DNA of 64,000 bases from Octopus sinensis (GCF_006345805.1 NC_043004.1:81096001-81160000), one strand, 5' to 3'; positions 38,758 to 50,475 are shown, numbered from the stretch's first letter. Numbers and translations: made by a program. Notes: generated from the letters alone by a model not told the origin.

Positions 38758-39411
38758 CGGGCGGGTGCTGAACATTTTCTGGGTTTCGGTATAAAAAAAA
38801 ATGCAAGGAGATCAGTTAATCATGATTTTATTAAATACTAGCAGCATAACCCGGCGTTGACCGGGTATGTAAGAGCCCCTAGTAGGCAACGACTAATCCC
38901 AATCTAGTCCTTTCCCTCTAGGGAACGAAGGTTCATGTGTAGGTTGCAATGTCTTCTCTTCACTCGAATACTTCTGTGTATACGATGTTCCTAGCTGTCC
39001 CTTTGGGCGATAAAAAGGTCGAATTGTGTCCCCTAGACAGAAAATGTGTTGCATATAAAAAGCTTAGATTCTCGACCCCATGTCGAATTTATCGATTTTT
39101 TCAGAACGGGGGGAACTTTTCAAAATTTTCGCTGCGTTAGTTTTGAATTATGACATTGGGCTATGTGTGGGTCAAGTTTCATCAGAATCGGTTGAAAGCC
39201 GTGGTCAGGGTGAGGGTACAACCTAACAGACACACAGAAACACACACAGACAAACTGCCGTTTATATATAGAGAGATATTCTCATCTCAGATTCCCTTAC
39301 TGCAGCGGTCCTTCAGTTTTCCTAAACCTTGTAAAGGAACTTGGAACGTTGGGCCTCCGATCAAGCCTTTCACAATACGCTTAAAGCCGGGATCGTTTCA
39401 GCATCCGTTGT
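38758..39411 (-). mobile_element. Copy of the 218-bp mariner MITE split by a Helitron
   Basis: The two halves match the reverse complement of 25864-26081. Confidence 0.75.
38838..39276 (-). mobile_element. Complete non-autonomous Helitron (439 bp)
   Basis: Minus strand starts TC, ends with hairpin (38849-38866) + CTAG, inserted between A and T with no TSD. Confidence 0.85.
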
Positions 39412-40010
39412 GGAGGTGGCGCATGGTAAGTAACTTGCTTACCAACCATATGCTTTCGGGCTCAGTCCCACTGCGTGGCTACTATAGTCTTGGGCCGACC
39501 AAAGCCATGTGAGTGATATTGGTACACGGAAACTGAAAGAAGCCCGTCGTATGTATATATACATATATATATGTATACATTTGTGTGTCTGAATTAGTCC
39601 CCACCCCCCATCGCTTGACAATCGATGTTGGTGTGTTTACGTCCCTGTAAATTAGCGGTTCGGCGAAAGGGTCGGATAGAATAAGTTCTGGGGTTGGTTT
39701 GTTCGACTAAAGGCGTGTACTCCAGCATGGCCGCAGACAAATGACTGAAACAAGTAAAAGAATAAAAGAAATAAAAGAATATGCATTCGTGTATTCTTTT
39801 ATTCTTATATTTATCTCAGTCATTTGACTTCGGCCATGCTGGAGCACCGCCTTTAGTCGAACAAACCGACCCCAGAACTTATTCTTTGTAAGCCTAGTAC
39901 TGATTCTATCGGTGTCTCTTGCTGAACCGCTAAGTTACGAGGGAAGTAAACACACGAAGATCGGTTATCAACCGATGGTGGGTGGACAAACACAGACACA
40001 CAAACATATA
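39410..40010. mobile_element. Tail-to-tail inverted SINE A pair
   Basis: + copy 39410-39780 directly followed by a - 3' half at 39790-40010. Confidence 0.85.
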
Positions 40011-40095
40011 CGTACATACATACATACATACATACATACATACATACATACATACATACATACACACATGTATACATACATATATACATACATAA

Positions 40096-40136
<41 letters not shown>

Positions 40137-40354
40137 TATTGTTATAACGTCTTGTTGTTGAGATAGGCTCTCTTTCTTTCCTGATGAGAAAATGACATTA
40201 TTTTACACCGTTTATTCCTTTGGAATAAAACCAATGTTGTCTTCGATACATATGTCGAAAGTAAAAGAATTTGAATAACACCTGCGTTCAACTCCATTTA
40301 TTTACTTTTATATATATATATATACATCTATTTGTTTTCTTCGTAAACTCTCTC

Positions 40355-40395
<41 letters not shown>

Positions 40396-40642
40396 CTGTT
40401 TGTTTTTTTCGTAAACTCTCCTACATATACATATATATATATAGCGGCGCCCGTACACTTTTGGTCTTATATGTAAGTAAATATATATATATATATATAT
40501 ATATGTCAAGATTAATCAGCCGAAATTGCGAGGATGATCCGGTTCTTGACTGAAGATTAAAGGCTTTGAATGTCCCGTCCATGTTTTTTGTATCGCCTAT
40601 CTGGATGTTTAGTGTTCTTGTCCCATTTTGTATTTTATATAT

Positions 40643-40644
<2 letters not shown>

Positions 40645-40684
<40 letters not shown>

Positions 40685-41188
40685 GTTTAACGTCTGCTTT
40701 CTATGCTAGCATGATTTGGACGATTTGACAGAGGTCTGGCGAACCAGATAGCTGCACCAGACTCCAGTTTTATCTGGCAGAGTTTCTACAGCTGGATGCC
40801 CTTACTAACGCCAACCACACCGAGAGTGTAGTGGGCGCTTTTACGTGCCACCGGCACGAGGCCAGTCAGGCGTTACTGGCAACGGCCACGCTCAATTAGT
40901 GCTTTTTATGTGCCACCTGCACAGGAGCCAGTCCAGCGGCACTGGCAACGACCTCGCTCGAATGTCTTTTTACGTGCCACCAGCACAAGTGCCAGTAAGG
41001 CGACACAGGTAACGATCACGCTCGAATGGTGCTTTTTACGTGCCATCGGCACGGAGGCAATCTTGTTGCTCTGGCAACGACCACGCTCGTATGGTACTCT
41101 AAGCGCTCCACTAGCACGGATGCCAGTCATCGAATTTGATTTCGATTTCGATTTTACTTGCCTCAGCAGGTCTTCGCACGCAGAGTTT
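40645..41188 (-). mobile_element. SINE-like retroposon with (ATG)n tail and an internal 4x ~65-bp minisatellite
   Basis: Units TTTA(C/T)GTGCCA.. at ~40840, 40905, 40968, 41035; (CAT)n at 40645-40684; GGATGCCCTTACTAACGCCAACC motif. Confidence 0.65.
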
Positions 41189-41190
41189 CG

Positions 41191-41274
41191 ATAGCAAGGG
41201 ATCAGCTTTATGCCTCACCACGCACGTCTATTTCTAGCAGTGCGTGGTGAGACGTAAAGCTGATCCATTGTTAT
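41191..41274 (+). ncRNA. Candidate pre-miRNA-like hairpin
   Basis: 27-bp stem 41199-41225/41240-41266 (1 mismatch, 1 G-U), 14-nt loop, 8-bp basal extension. Confidence 0.4.
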
Positions 41275-41319
41275 AATTAAGCATATAATTATAAAATATT
41301 ATATATAATATATATATAT

Positions 41320-41738
41320 AGGCGCAGGAGTGGCTGTGTGGTAAGTAGCTTGCTAACCAACCACATGGTTGCGGGTTCAGTCCCACTGCGTGGCATCTTG
41401 GGCAAGTGTCTTCTGCTATAGCCCCGGGCCTACCAATGCCTTGTGAGTGGATTTGGTAGACGGAAACTGAAAGAAGCCTGTCGTATATATGTGTATATAT
41501 ATATATGTGTGTGTGTGTGTGTTTGTGTGTCTGTGTTTGTCCCCCTAGCATTGCTTGACAACCGATGCTGGTGTGTCTACGTCCCCGCCACTTAGCGGTT
41601 CGGCAAAAGAGACCGATAGAATAAGTACTGGGCTTACAAAGAATAGGTTCCGGGGTCGATTTGATCGACTAAAGGCGGTGCTCCAGCATGGCCGCAGTCA
41701 AATGACTGAAACAAGTAAAAGAGTAAAAGGGAAAGAGT
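41320..41738 (+). mobile_element. SINE family A, full length
   Basis: Head through tail. Confidence 0.92.
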
Positions 41739-42994
41739 AATAGTTGAGGTGCGTTCCGTTAAGAACGTATAAAATAAATCTAGTACTCCCTTAGAATTAG
41801 CAAATAGCCGGCAGTATTATGGTATATTTAAATATAATTCCTGTGTATATGTGGACGTATGTTGTAGTGAAACATATGTAGTGGTCATTAAACAGCTGTC
41901 GAATCGTACTCCCTCTTCCTTTTGACTCTGTTCTTTCCTTTATATATATGCAGAACACGACGTGCTTCTTTCAATTTCCGTCAACAAATCCACTCACAAG
42001 GCCTTGGTTGGCCTGGGAATATGTGAGAAAACTCTGCCCAAGGTGTCACGCAGTAGGACTGGACATGAAATCGCATAGTTGAAAATCGAAATGCCAAACC
42101 ACAGAACAAATCCTACACCTATATTTATTGTATCTGAAGCGAGTTTAGCAACTCTTTCTACAAGGACTAACATTTTCGAGTCTCCTCTCGTTAGCTTATC
42201 TACAAGCATTTAACATCAAGAAGCAGACAATACACTATCACGTGACCAAATGCAAATAACAGACGACATGTCGCGTAAGCAAGAGACACGAGTCTAAACT
42301 ACAATATTATTTTAGTCGTGGTTCGTTTGAAGCATTGAGAAATTTAAAAATAAGTCGTGTTTTTTAGAGAATCTAGTTTCTTGGAAAGACTTATTTATAA
42401 TCCTTATTTTGGTTGAATGTGACATTTTTATGGTTTGTCTTGGCTGTCATGTTAATTCGTTAAATAATTTTCTTTGCTGTTTTACTTATGTCCTTTGTAT
42501 GGCGTCATCTTCATCTTCTTGGCATCTCCCGGTGTCAAAAAACACGCTTCTGTTGAATTCATCTGTGTTCTAAGATGGTTACGAAGGCACGTGGATAGTG
42601 GTTAGTGTATCACACTCTGGATCATAAGAAATCGGTTTCGATACCCGGGTTCGGTGGTATGTTGTGTTCTTGAGCAAAACACTTTATTTCTTGTTGCTTC
42701 AGTTGTCTCAGCTGCAAATAAGTTACTCCTGCGATAAACCGGCATCCCGTTCAGAGGGAAACGTTGTGATCTTGGTGACTTATTTACCATTAAAACCGAG
42801 TAGATGGCCACGTTCAGATTTTGACGTAACTTAAATAGCTATATGCACCCCCGCTTTTTTTTTTATTTTATCTACAAAAACACTAAGAACAAGGACATGA
42901 GATTTCGTGTGCAGATGCATCTCAGTTTACGCTTTATCGGTCTGCTTCACTGAATCGACGTCCCTTTATTTATGGTTACTTTCAAAGTGTGAAT

Positions 42995-43533
42995 GCGCAT
43001 GGCTCATTGGTTAGGACGTCGGGTTCACAGTCGTGAAGTTGTGAGTTCGACTCCCGGGCCGGGCTGTATGTTGTGTTCTTGAGCAAGACACTTTATTTCA
43101 CGTTACTCCAGATCTCTCATCTGTAGAAATGTGTTGTGACATCACTAGTGCCAAGCTCTTTCGGTCTTTGCCTTTATCTCGGATAACATCGGTGTCGTAG
43201 GGAGGAGTGGTTGGTATGCATGGGTGACTGGTGGTCTTCTATTCGGTTGGTGCATAATTATTGCGGCTTTTTTCATTAAATGTTATACAACAAAAAATTT
43301 AAACAAAACGCCAAGTAGAAATTGAAGTAGATGGTGAATATGCTCCGGAATAATCATTTAAAGATTTTTCTTATTGAATGTTGTTATTGTTTTTGTTGAA
43401 TAAAATTTATTGAAAAAAATGCCGCAATAAATATGCACCAACCTAATATAAACAACCTTGCGCGGACTTGTGCCTCGGAGGGTAACTTTCTAGGTGCGAT
43501 CCCAAAGTCATTCATGACAAAAGGGGGTCTTTA
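42995..43533 (+). mobile_element. tRNA-headed CORE-like SINE family D interrupted by a MITE
   Basis: Homologous to 61130-61461; GTGTTCTTGAGCAAGACACTT CORE-like block. Confidence 0.85.
43242..43446. mobile_element. 205-bp mariner MITE with Hsmar1/MADE1-like TIRs
   Basis: TTCGGTTGGTGCATAATTATTGCGG .. CCGCAATAAATATGCACCAACCTAA; TA duplicated at 43240-41 and 43447-48. Confidence 0.88.
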
Positions 43534-43847
43534 TCTCTTACTTTCAAAGAATTTAGATGGTACAGTGATAAGATACCTTAACAGTTTCTGAGAAATCATC
43601 AACATTCAATTGTTTATGTTCAACGCACAACTCCTTTTGATTCCGTTCCTTTTTGCCACTCTGCACACATGGTTATGTGGTTAAGAAGCTCGTATGTGGC
43701 TATGTGGTTAAGAGCCACGTGGGTTCAGGTTCAGTCGCACTGCTCAGCACCTCGAGCAACAAGTCTCTTCTACTATAACACCAAGTCGACCAATGACTTG
43801 TGAATAAGCTTGACTAAGAGAAACTAAACTATGCAGAAAAGTATATA

Positions 43848-44246
43848 CGAGGATTTGCTGAGAAGTTCTTGGCTTTAAGGGCATCATGAAAGGCCTGGAT
43901 GGAAGCCCAACCTTCTGAGTACTTTTACAGGGCTTAGAAAAGCAGAAGAACCGCTGCAATAAGTATGTGAATCTGAGAGAGAAATATGTTGAATAAATTC
44001 AAAATTCAGTATTTACGTTATTTACATTTGACGGATATTTGTCCTGGTCTTGTTTGTTGTTAAAGCTGAAGGGTATATCAGCCGAAATGTTATGTTAACA
44101 ACAAGCAAGATGAGGACAAATATCCGTCAAATGTAAATAATGTACATAACTCCTCATCTCTTAAACATAGAACTGTAAAATCATAATTAACTGATCCGCT
44201 TGTATTTTCTTTAACCGAAAACCAGGGACATTTCAGCATCCGCTCG
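43848..44246 (+). mobile_element. 218-bp mariner MITE copy carrying a ~180-bp fold-back insertion
   Basis: Both TIRs and TA flanks present; insert interrupts GTTGAA-TA-AAATCATAAT. Confidence 0.8.
44007..44175 (+). mobile_element. Fold-back insert, possibly an inverted Penelope-like terminal repeat
   Basis: 46-bp arms 44018-44063/44095-44140; loop contains GCTG..CAGC-C-GAAA-TGTT. Confidence 0.5.
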
Positions 44247-44402
44247 TACATGTACACGTACATACACATATGAATTTAGGAAGCGGGTGCTGAAAAGATC
44301 TTGGCCTTCAGAGTATCGCGAAAAGCTTGGTTGGAGGTCCAACCTCCCGAGTTCTTTTAGAGGGCTTCACATGAAGAATCTTGCAAGTACAAAAACGAAA
44401 TG

Positions 44403-44490
<88 letters not shown>

Positions 44491-44867
44491 GTGTGTGTAC
44501 GTGTGTACACATAGAAAAAGCCAGCCTATGAGTATTTAGCGCATTAGGGTCTATCTGTACGTATTTATATATATAAAGATATGATGTAAATATGTTGATA
44601 TATATTCTTTTATTCTTTTATTTGTTTCAGTCATTTGACTGCAGCCAACAAGTGGACGACCCCAAGATTTATTCTTTGTAAGCCTAGTACTTATTCTATC
44701 GGTCTCTCTTGCTAGGTTACGGGGTCGAAAACACACCAACGGCAGTTGTCAAGCGATGGTGGCGGTACAAACACAGACACAGAAACATATGTATATATAT
44801 ACGCCATGATAGATTGTTAGCCACTACACACATTTTTTTCATTCCCTGTTTCTCTCCTTGTTTTTTT

Positions 44868-44901
44868 CTGTAGAAGAGCGCAGGCCCGAAACGTATAAGA
44901 C
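44868..44901 (+). ncRNA. Minimal hammerhead-like motif (decayed), inside a split SINE A
   Basis: CTGTAGA-A-GAGC(gcag)GCCC-GAAA-CGT-A. Confidence 0.35.
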
Positions 44902-45210
44902 TTTTTCTATTCCTGAACGTTATACTAATACATCTGTTTGTTTTGTACACCACTTGTCTTCGTCTTTTGTTTTTTTTTTTCGTATATATATACGACAGGC
45001 TTCTTTCGGTTTCCGCCTACCAAATCCATTCACTGGCCTTTGGTCGGCCCGAGGCTGTAGTAGAAGACACTTGCCCAAGTTGCCACGCTGTGGGACTGAA
45101 CCCGGAGCTATGTGGCTGGTAAGCAGGCTACTTACCACACAGCCATTCCTGCGCCTATATATATCTATATATGCATATACATATATATACATACATACAT
45201 ACATACATAC

Positions 45211-45253
<43 letters not shown>

Positions 45254-45368
45254 GTACATATATGTATGTATATAAGCATACATACACACACGCATATATA
45301 TATATATTAATTATATTATTATACGATTGAACACCATGCATCCATTTCCAAGTAAGTTTATCTATCCA

Positions 45369-45417
<49 letters not shown>

Positions 45418-46059
45418 TATATATATATGACCGCAAAATTATATAAATAATAGCACGTGCATGTAAATATGTATGCACGTATATGTAAACATATATCTAT
45501 ATTTACACACACACGCTCTCTCTCTCTCTCTCACTCACAGACACACACACACACACACACACACAGAAACACTCGAACAGACACATACATACATATGCAC
45601 AATTATTTATTTAGTTATTTACATATCGCGCCGTATTTGTTTTTACTTAATTTATCATTTCACATCATTGCGTGTGTGTGTGCGTGTGCGTATATATATA
45701 TATGTATATATATGTTGTGTGTGCCTATATATATATATATAATATATTATATTATATATATATATATATAACATGCATATGTGTGTGTGTATATAATATA
45801 TATAGATTATATATGCAGGTATGTATGTACATGTATATGTATGTGTGTGTTTTTGCTTGTTCCCCAGCACCTCTTGACAATCGGTATTGGTGTGTTTACA
45901 TCCCCATGAGTTAGCGGTTCGTTGAAAGACACCGATAGTGTAAGTAACAGAATAAGTACTGGGATCGATCTGTAAGATGAAACGATGTGCAATTCGCTCC
46001 AGTATGGTCGTAATCAATTGACTGAAACAAAAGATTAAAGATGAAAGATATATACAGAG

Positions 46060-46959
46060 AATATCAGAGAGAGAGAGAGAGAGAGATAGGCGAACAACAG
46101 ACAAAGGTAGAATGAGAGAGAGACGTAGTTGGAGAGAGAGAGATGGAGAGAGACAGAGCGAAAGGAAAATAGAGGGAGGGGAAAAGAAAGAGAGAAAGAG
46201 AGACAGACAGAGACAGAGTGAAAGAGAAAGAGAGAGAGGGAGAGAAAGAGATAAAGAGAGAGCAAGAGTGGTAGAGAGAGAGAGAGAGAGAAATAGAGAG
46301 TCAGACGAGAGAGAAATAGAGAGAGGCAGACGAGAAAAAAATAGGAGGGGAACGAGAGAGATAGAAAGAGAGACAAACAGAGAAGACTGATAGAGAGACA
46401 GAGAGAAAGAGAATCAGAGAGAGAAAGTGAGACAGAGAGAGAAGGAGAGAAAGAGAGACAGAGAGTGAGAACGAGAGTGACAAAGACAGAGAGAGATAGA
46501 GAGAAAGATAAAAATGAGAGAGACAGCATGAGAGAGAGAGAGAGGGAGAGCTGGGCAGACAGAGAAACAGAGAGAGGCAGAGGGAGACAGAAACAGGGAC
46601 AATAGGGAGGCTGAGAGAGACAGAGAAACAGGGATACAGTGACAGAGAGAGAGAGGGACAGACAGACAGACAGACAGGGAGAGACAGAGAGACGCAGAGA
46701 CAGATAGAGAAAGAGAGAGAGGCAGAGAGAGAAAGAGTGAGACAGAGAAACAGAGAGACAGACAGACAGAGACAGAGACAGAGACACAGGGACAGATCGA
46801 GAGAGAGAGACAGACACACAGACAGACAGACAGACAGACAGGGAGAGACAGAGAGAGAAAGAGAGAGAAAGAGAGAGAAAGAGAGAGACAGAGAAACAGA
46901 GAGAGACAGACAGACAGACAGAGACAGAGACAGAGACAGAGAGAGAGAAACAGGGACAG

Positions 46960-47026
<67 letters not shown>

Positions 47027-47060
47027 AAGACCGACAGACAGACAGACAGACAGAGAGGAA
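46060..47060 (+). repeat. ~1-kb purine-rich (GA)/(GACA) tract
   Basis: Read directly; explains the 406-aa and 203-aa S/L ORFs. Confidence 0.95.
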
Positions 47061-47084
47061 GAGACTAAGAACTGAGCGTCCGAG

Positions 47085-47288
47085 ATCCGAGATGAATTTA
47101 TGCAAATTCGCAGGTGCGCTAGTGTGAAATATCAGTATCAACAGGGCCTGAAAAAAAAAAAGTAGGAAAAAGACTTCATACGATTCATCTGTAACAAGTC
47201 GTCGTGTCGGTATCTTTGAAAAAACAACAATAAACACACAAAAACATCCCCACATAAAAAAAAAACAAGCCCCCCCCCACCCTCTCTC

Positions 47289-47364
<76 letters not shown>

Positions 47365-47570
47365 CGAAAAGTCGTTTGATTGACATGCAGTCGCAGCTAG
47401 TCGGCGCCATCGGGACGCCGGGTAGATAGCAGTAGCGAACCTACATGAATGGCTGACGTCACAGGCTCGGCGCCAGCTTGGCTAGCTCGCTCCAGTCGTC
47501 GAGGGGGTTGGCCAACTCCAAACTCACCAATTAATCAAGTGTCAGGGTCTTATTTTATACGTCATGTGAA
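47085..47570. promoter_or_regulatory. CpG-rich unique island with TF motif cluster
   Basis: ATGCAAAT 47100-47107, CAGGTG 47111-47116, TGATTGACA 47377-47385, TGACGTCA 47454-47461, minus TATAAAA 47559-47553. Confidence 0.35.
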
Positions 47571-47896
47571 AAAAAAATAAATAAAAAGAAGTAAAAGATG
47601 TATATATATATATATATTTGTCTGTGTATGTACTTATGTGTTGACGTTTGTATATCCAAATACGTACGTGGCCGTCTCTGTTCAAATGCTTATGGAAAAT
47701 ACTCTGGCTAACCTCTTTCCTTCTTCCCCTCTTTTCTCACAAACACATGCGGACCTCCTCCCTCACACTCACCCTCTCTCCCTCTCTGTCACTGTCCTTC
47801 ACTCACTCTCTCTTCCTCTCTCTGTTTGCCTTTCAGACGTTCTCCCCTTCAAAGTGTCTCTAATTTAAGCCCCTCTCTCTCTCTCTCTCTCTCTCC

Positions 47897-47930
<34 letters not shown>

Positions 47931-48408
47931 ACGTTTACATCTCACATTCTCTACGTTTCTGGCTTTCTTCATCTCTCACTGTCACACTCTTTCACACTAT
48001 TTGTCGCACGCACACACACACACACACACACACTCTCTCTCTCTCTCTCTGTCTCTGTTTAATTCTCCCATTATACATCTCCCTTACCCTCTCTATCTCT
48101 CTCTCTCCCCTTCTCTCTGGATTCCTGTAGTTACATGTCTCTCTAACTCTCCGTTTTTACCTCAGTTCTTTCTCTATAATTTCATTATCTCAATATACAC
48201 CTCTTTCTTTCTCTCACTTTCTCTCCCCCTCTCTCTCATTCTTATTCTCTCTTTCGCTCTCTTCTTTCTCGCTCTCTCTCTTCTCTCTCTCTCTCTTTTC
48301 CACACACACACTTTCCAACACCATCTTAATTCTTACAGACTGGATGGACTGTAGAGAGATAACCTAATAAAGAAACCTGAAGGAAGGACAAAATAGGTTT
48401 TATAATCC

Positions 48409-48460
<52 letters not shown>

Positions 48461-48924
48461 AAACACACACACACAATTCATATGAATTTCAGATTTGAAA
48501 TCTCTGTGAAGCTGCCTGATTTCTGAGGCACTAAACAAGACAACAACCTGTTGATGTTGCTTAACCCTAGAATAGCCCCGATAGGACACACCCCTAATAT
48601 CAAACTGTTTCCCAACCAGAATACATTATCTAATATGTCACTACTTTCTGATGTAAGATAATAAATAAGATGCTGTTTCTTATTTGAGGGGAACTTGACT
48701 ACGATTTCTAAAAGATCAAGTAATCACGTATAGGTTGTTTTATCGCTGGGTCGGTTTCCGCCAATCAGCTAAGCTATGTAGTTTATCTAATACGATATAT
48801 ATTTGATAATCTTTTCCGTTCTTATACAAGTTCAGTTGTTTGCGATTAAGAACAAGTGAAGGTTATCTGCTCGCTGCCTTTTCTCACTATTAAAAAACGT
48901 TCTAGAAATAGTCAAGCATCTCTA

Positions 48925-49051
48925 ATCTCCGAAGAGGCCTTGTGATATTTTTGTTAATGTCTCATTTATATCTGTATATTGACCAAACATAAAGGGCTAA
49001 TATTGGTAAAATGAGACATAATTATCGACATGGCCGAAACAGCTGTAAGAT
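48925..49051 (+). ncRNA. Type I hammerhead-ribozyme-like fold with 100-nt structured stem II
   Basis: ATCT-CCGAAGA-GGCC..GGCC-GAAACAGCTGT-A-AGAT; internal 11-bp helix 48957-48967/49009-49019. Confidence 0.55.
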
Positions 49052-49522
49052 CTAATTTATGCTTATACTTATATTTATATTTACTTGTATTTATATTCTC
49101 TTTTATATATATTCTACTTATTATACAACGTTACTCTTTTATGTACACTTTTTTATGTACATTCCTTTATGTACACTGATTTGTTTTGCTTTTTATATTT
49201 AACCCTACAGTCTCTTATGTGGTGGTTTAATAAAGCATGTGATTGAATATTATCTGGTAATTGATATTTGATTTAGATGTATTTCTCCATTTTCTTATCT
49301 TGTATATATATATACTTTAATCTCGAAACGCGTATGTAGCTAATCTGAGTCATGTGGATTCGTTATTTTTGTTTTCGCCTAAGTAAAAAAGTGAGTTACT
49401 ATCTGGGAGATGATCTTTATGGTACTAGAAAATGCATTTAACTCCTATTTCTAAATTCGGTGCATGGCGAAGCAATAAGCTGACCCCTGATTATAACTAT
49501 GCGTATAATTATAGAATATTTG

Positions 49523-49583
<61 letters not shown>

Positions 49584-49683
49584 ATATATATATATGCTTT
49601 CAGTGCGAATGGTATTTTTTATGTAAGCTTAAAGCTTATGGCCATCACCGTGCAATGACTAAGGAAAATAGTCTAATATATAG

Positions 49684-50076
49684 CTCTTTTACTCTTTTAC
49701 TTGTTTCAGTCATTTGACTGCGGCCATGCTGGAGCACCGCCTTTAATCGAACAACTCGACCCCGGGACTTATTCTTTTGTAAGCCCAGTACTTATTATAT
49801 CAGTCTCTCTTGCTGAACCGCTAAGTAACGGGGACACAAACACACCAGCATCGGTTGTCAAGCAATGCTAGGGGAACAAACACACACACGCACGCATATA
49901 TATATACATATATACGACGGGCTTCTTTCAGTTTCCGTCTACCAGATCCACTCACAAGGCTTTGGTCGGCCCGAGGCTATAGTAGAAGACACTTGCCCAA
50001 GGTGCCACGCAGTGGGACTGAACTCGGAACCATGTGGTTGGTAAACAAGCCACTTACCACACAGCCACTCCTGCGC

Positions 50077-50077
<1 letters not shown>
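49684..50077 (-). mobile_element. SINE family A, full length
   Basis: Head through tail. Confidence 0.92.
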
Positions 50078-50117
<40 letters not shown>

Positions 50118-50264
50118 TACATACTCAGGCGTGGCTGTAGCTTGCTTATCAATCACATTGTTCCGGGTTCAGTCCCACTGCATGTTGCCTTTGGCAAGTG
50201 TTTTCTGCTATAGTCTCGGACCAACCAAAGCCTTGCGAGTGGATTTGGTAGATGGTATATGTTT

Positions 50265-50475
50265 AAGGCGGCGAGCTGGCAGAAACGTTAGCACGCCGGG
50301 CGAAATGCGTAGCCGTATTTCGTCTCTCGTTCCGTTGTGAGTTCAAATTCCGCCGAGGTCGACTTTGCCTTTCATCCTTTCGTACTGGGGTCGATTTAAT
50401 CGACTTAACACCTATGTCTGTCCTTGTTTGTCCCGTCTGTGTTTAGCCCCTTGTGGATAATAAAGAAATAGGTAT
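50265..50475 (+). mobile_element. SINE family B, internally deleted
   Basis: Head, body and B1 tail. Confidence 0.85.

Noticed and set aside
42238-42257. E-box (TCACGTGA) next to an octamer (ATGCAAAT)
   Set aside because: Two short motifs without other support are expected by chance in 64 kb.
47528-47548. 21-nt minus-strand microexon (AG..GTGAGT)
   Set aside because: It has stop codons in all three frames; a non-coding exon cannot be excluded but is unsupported.
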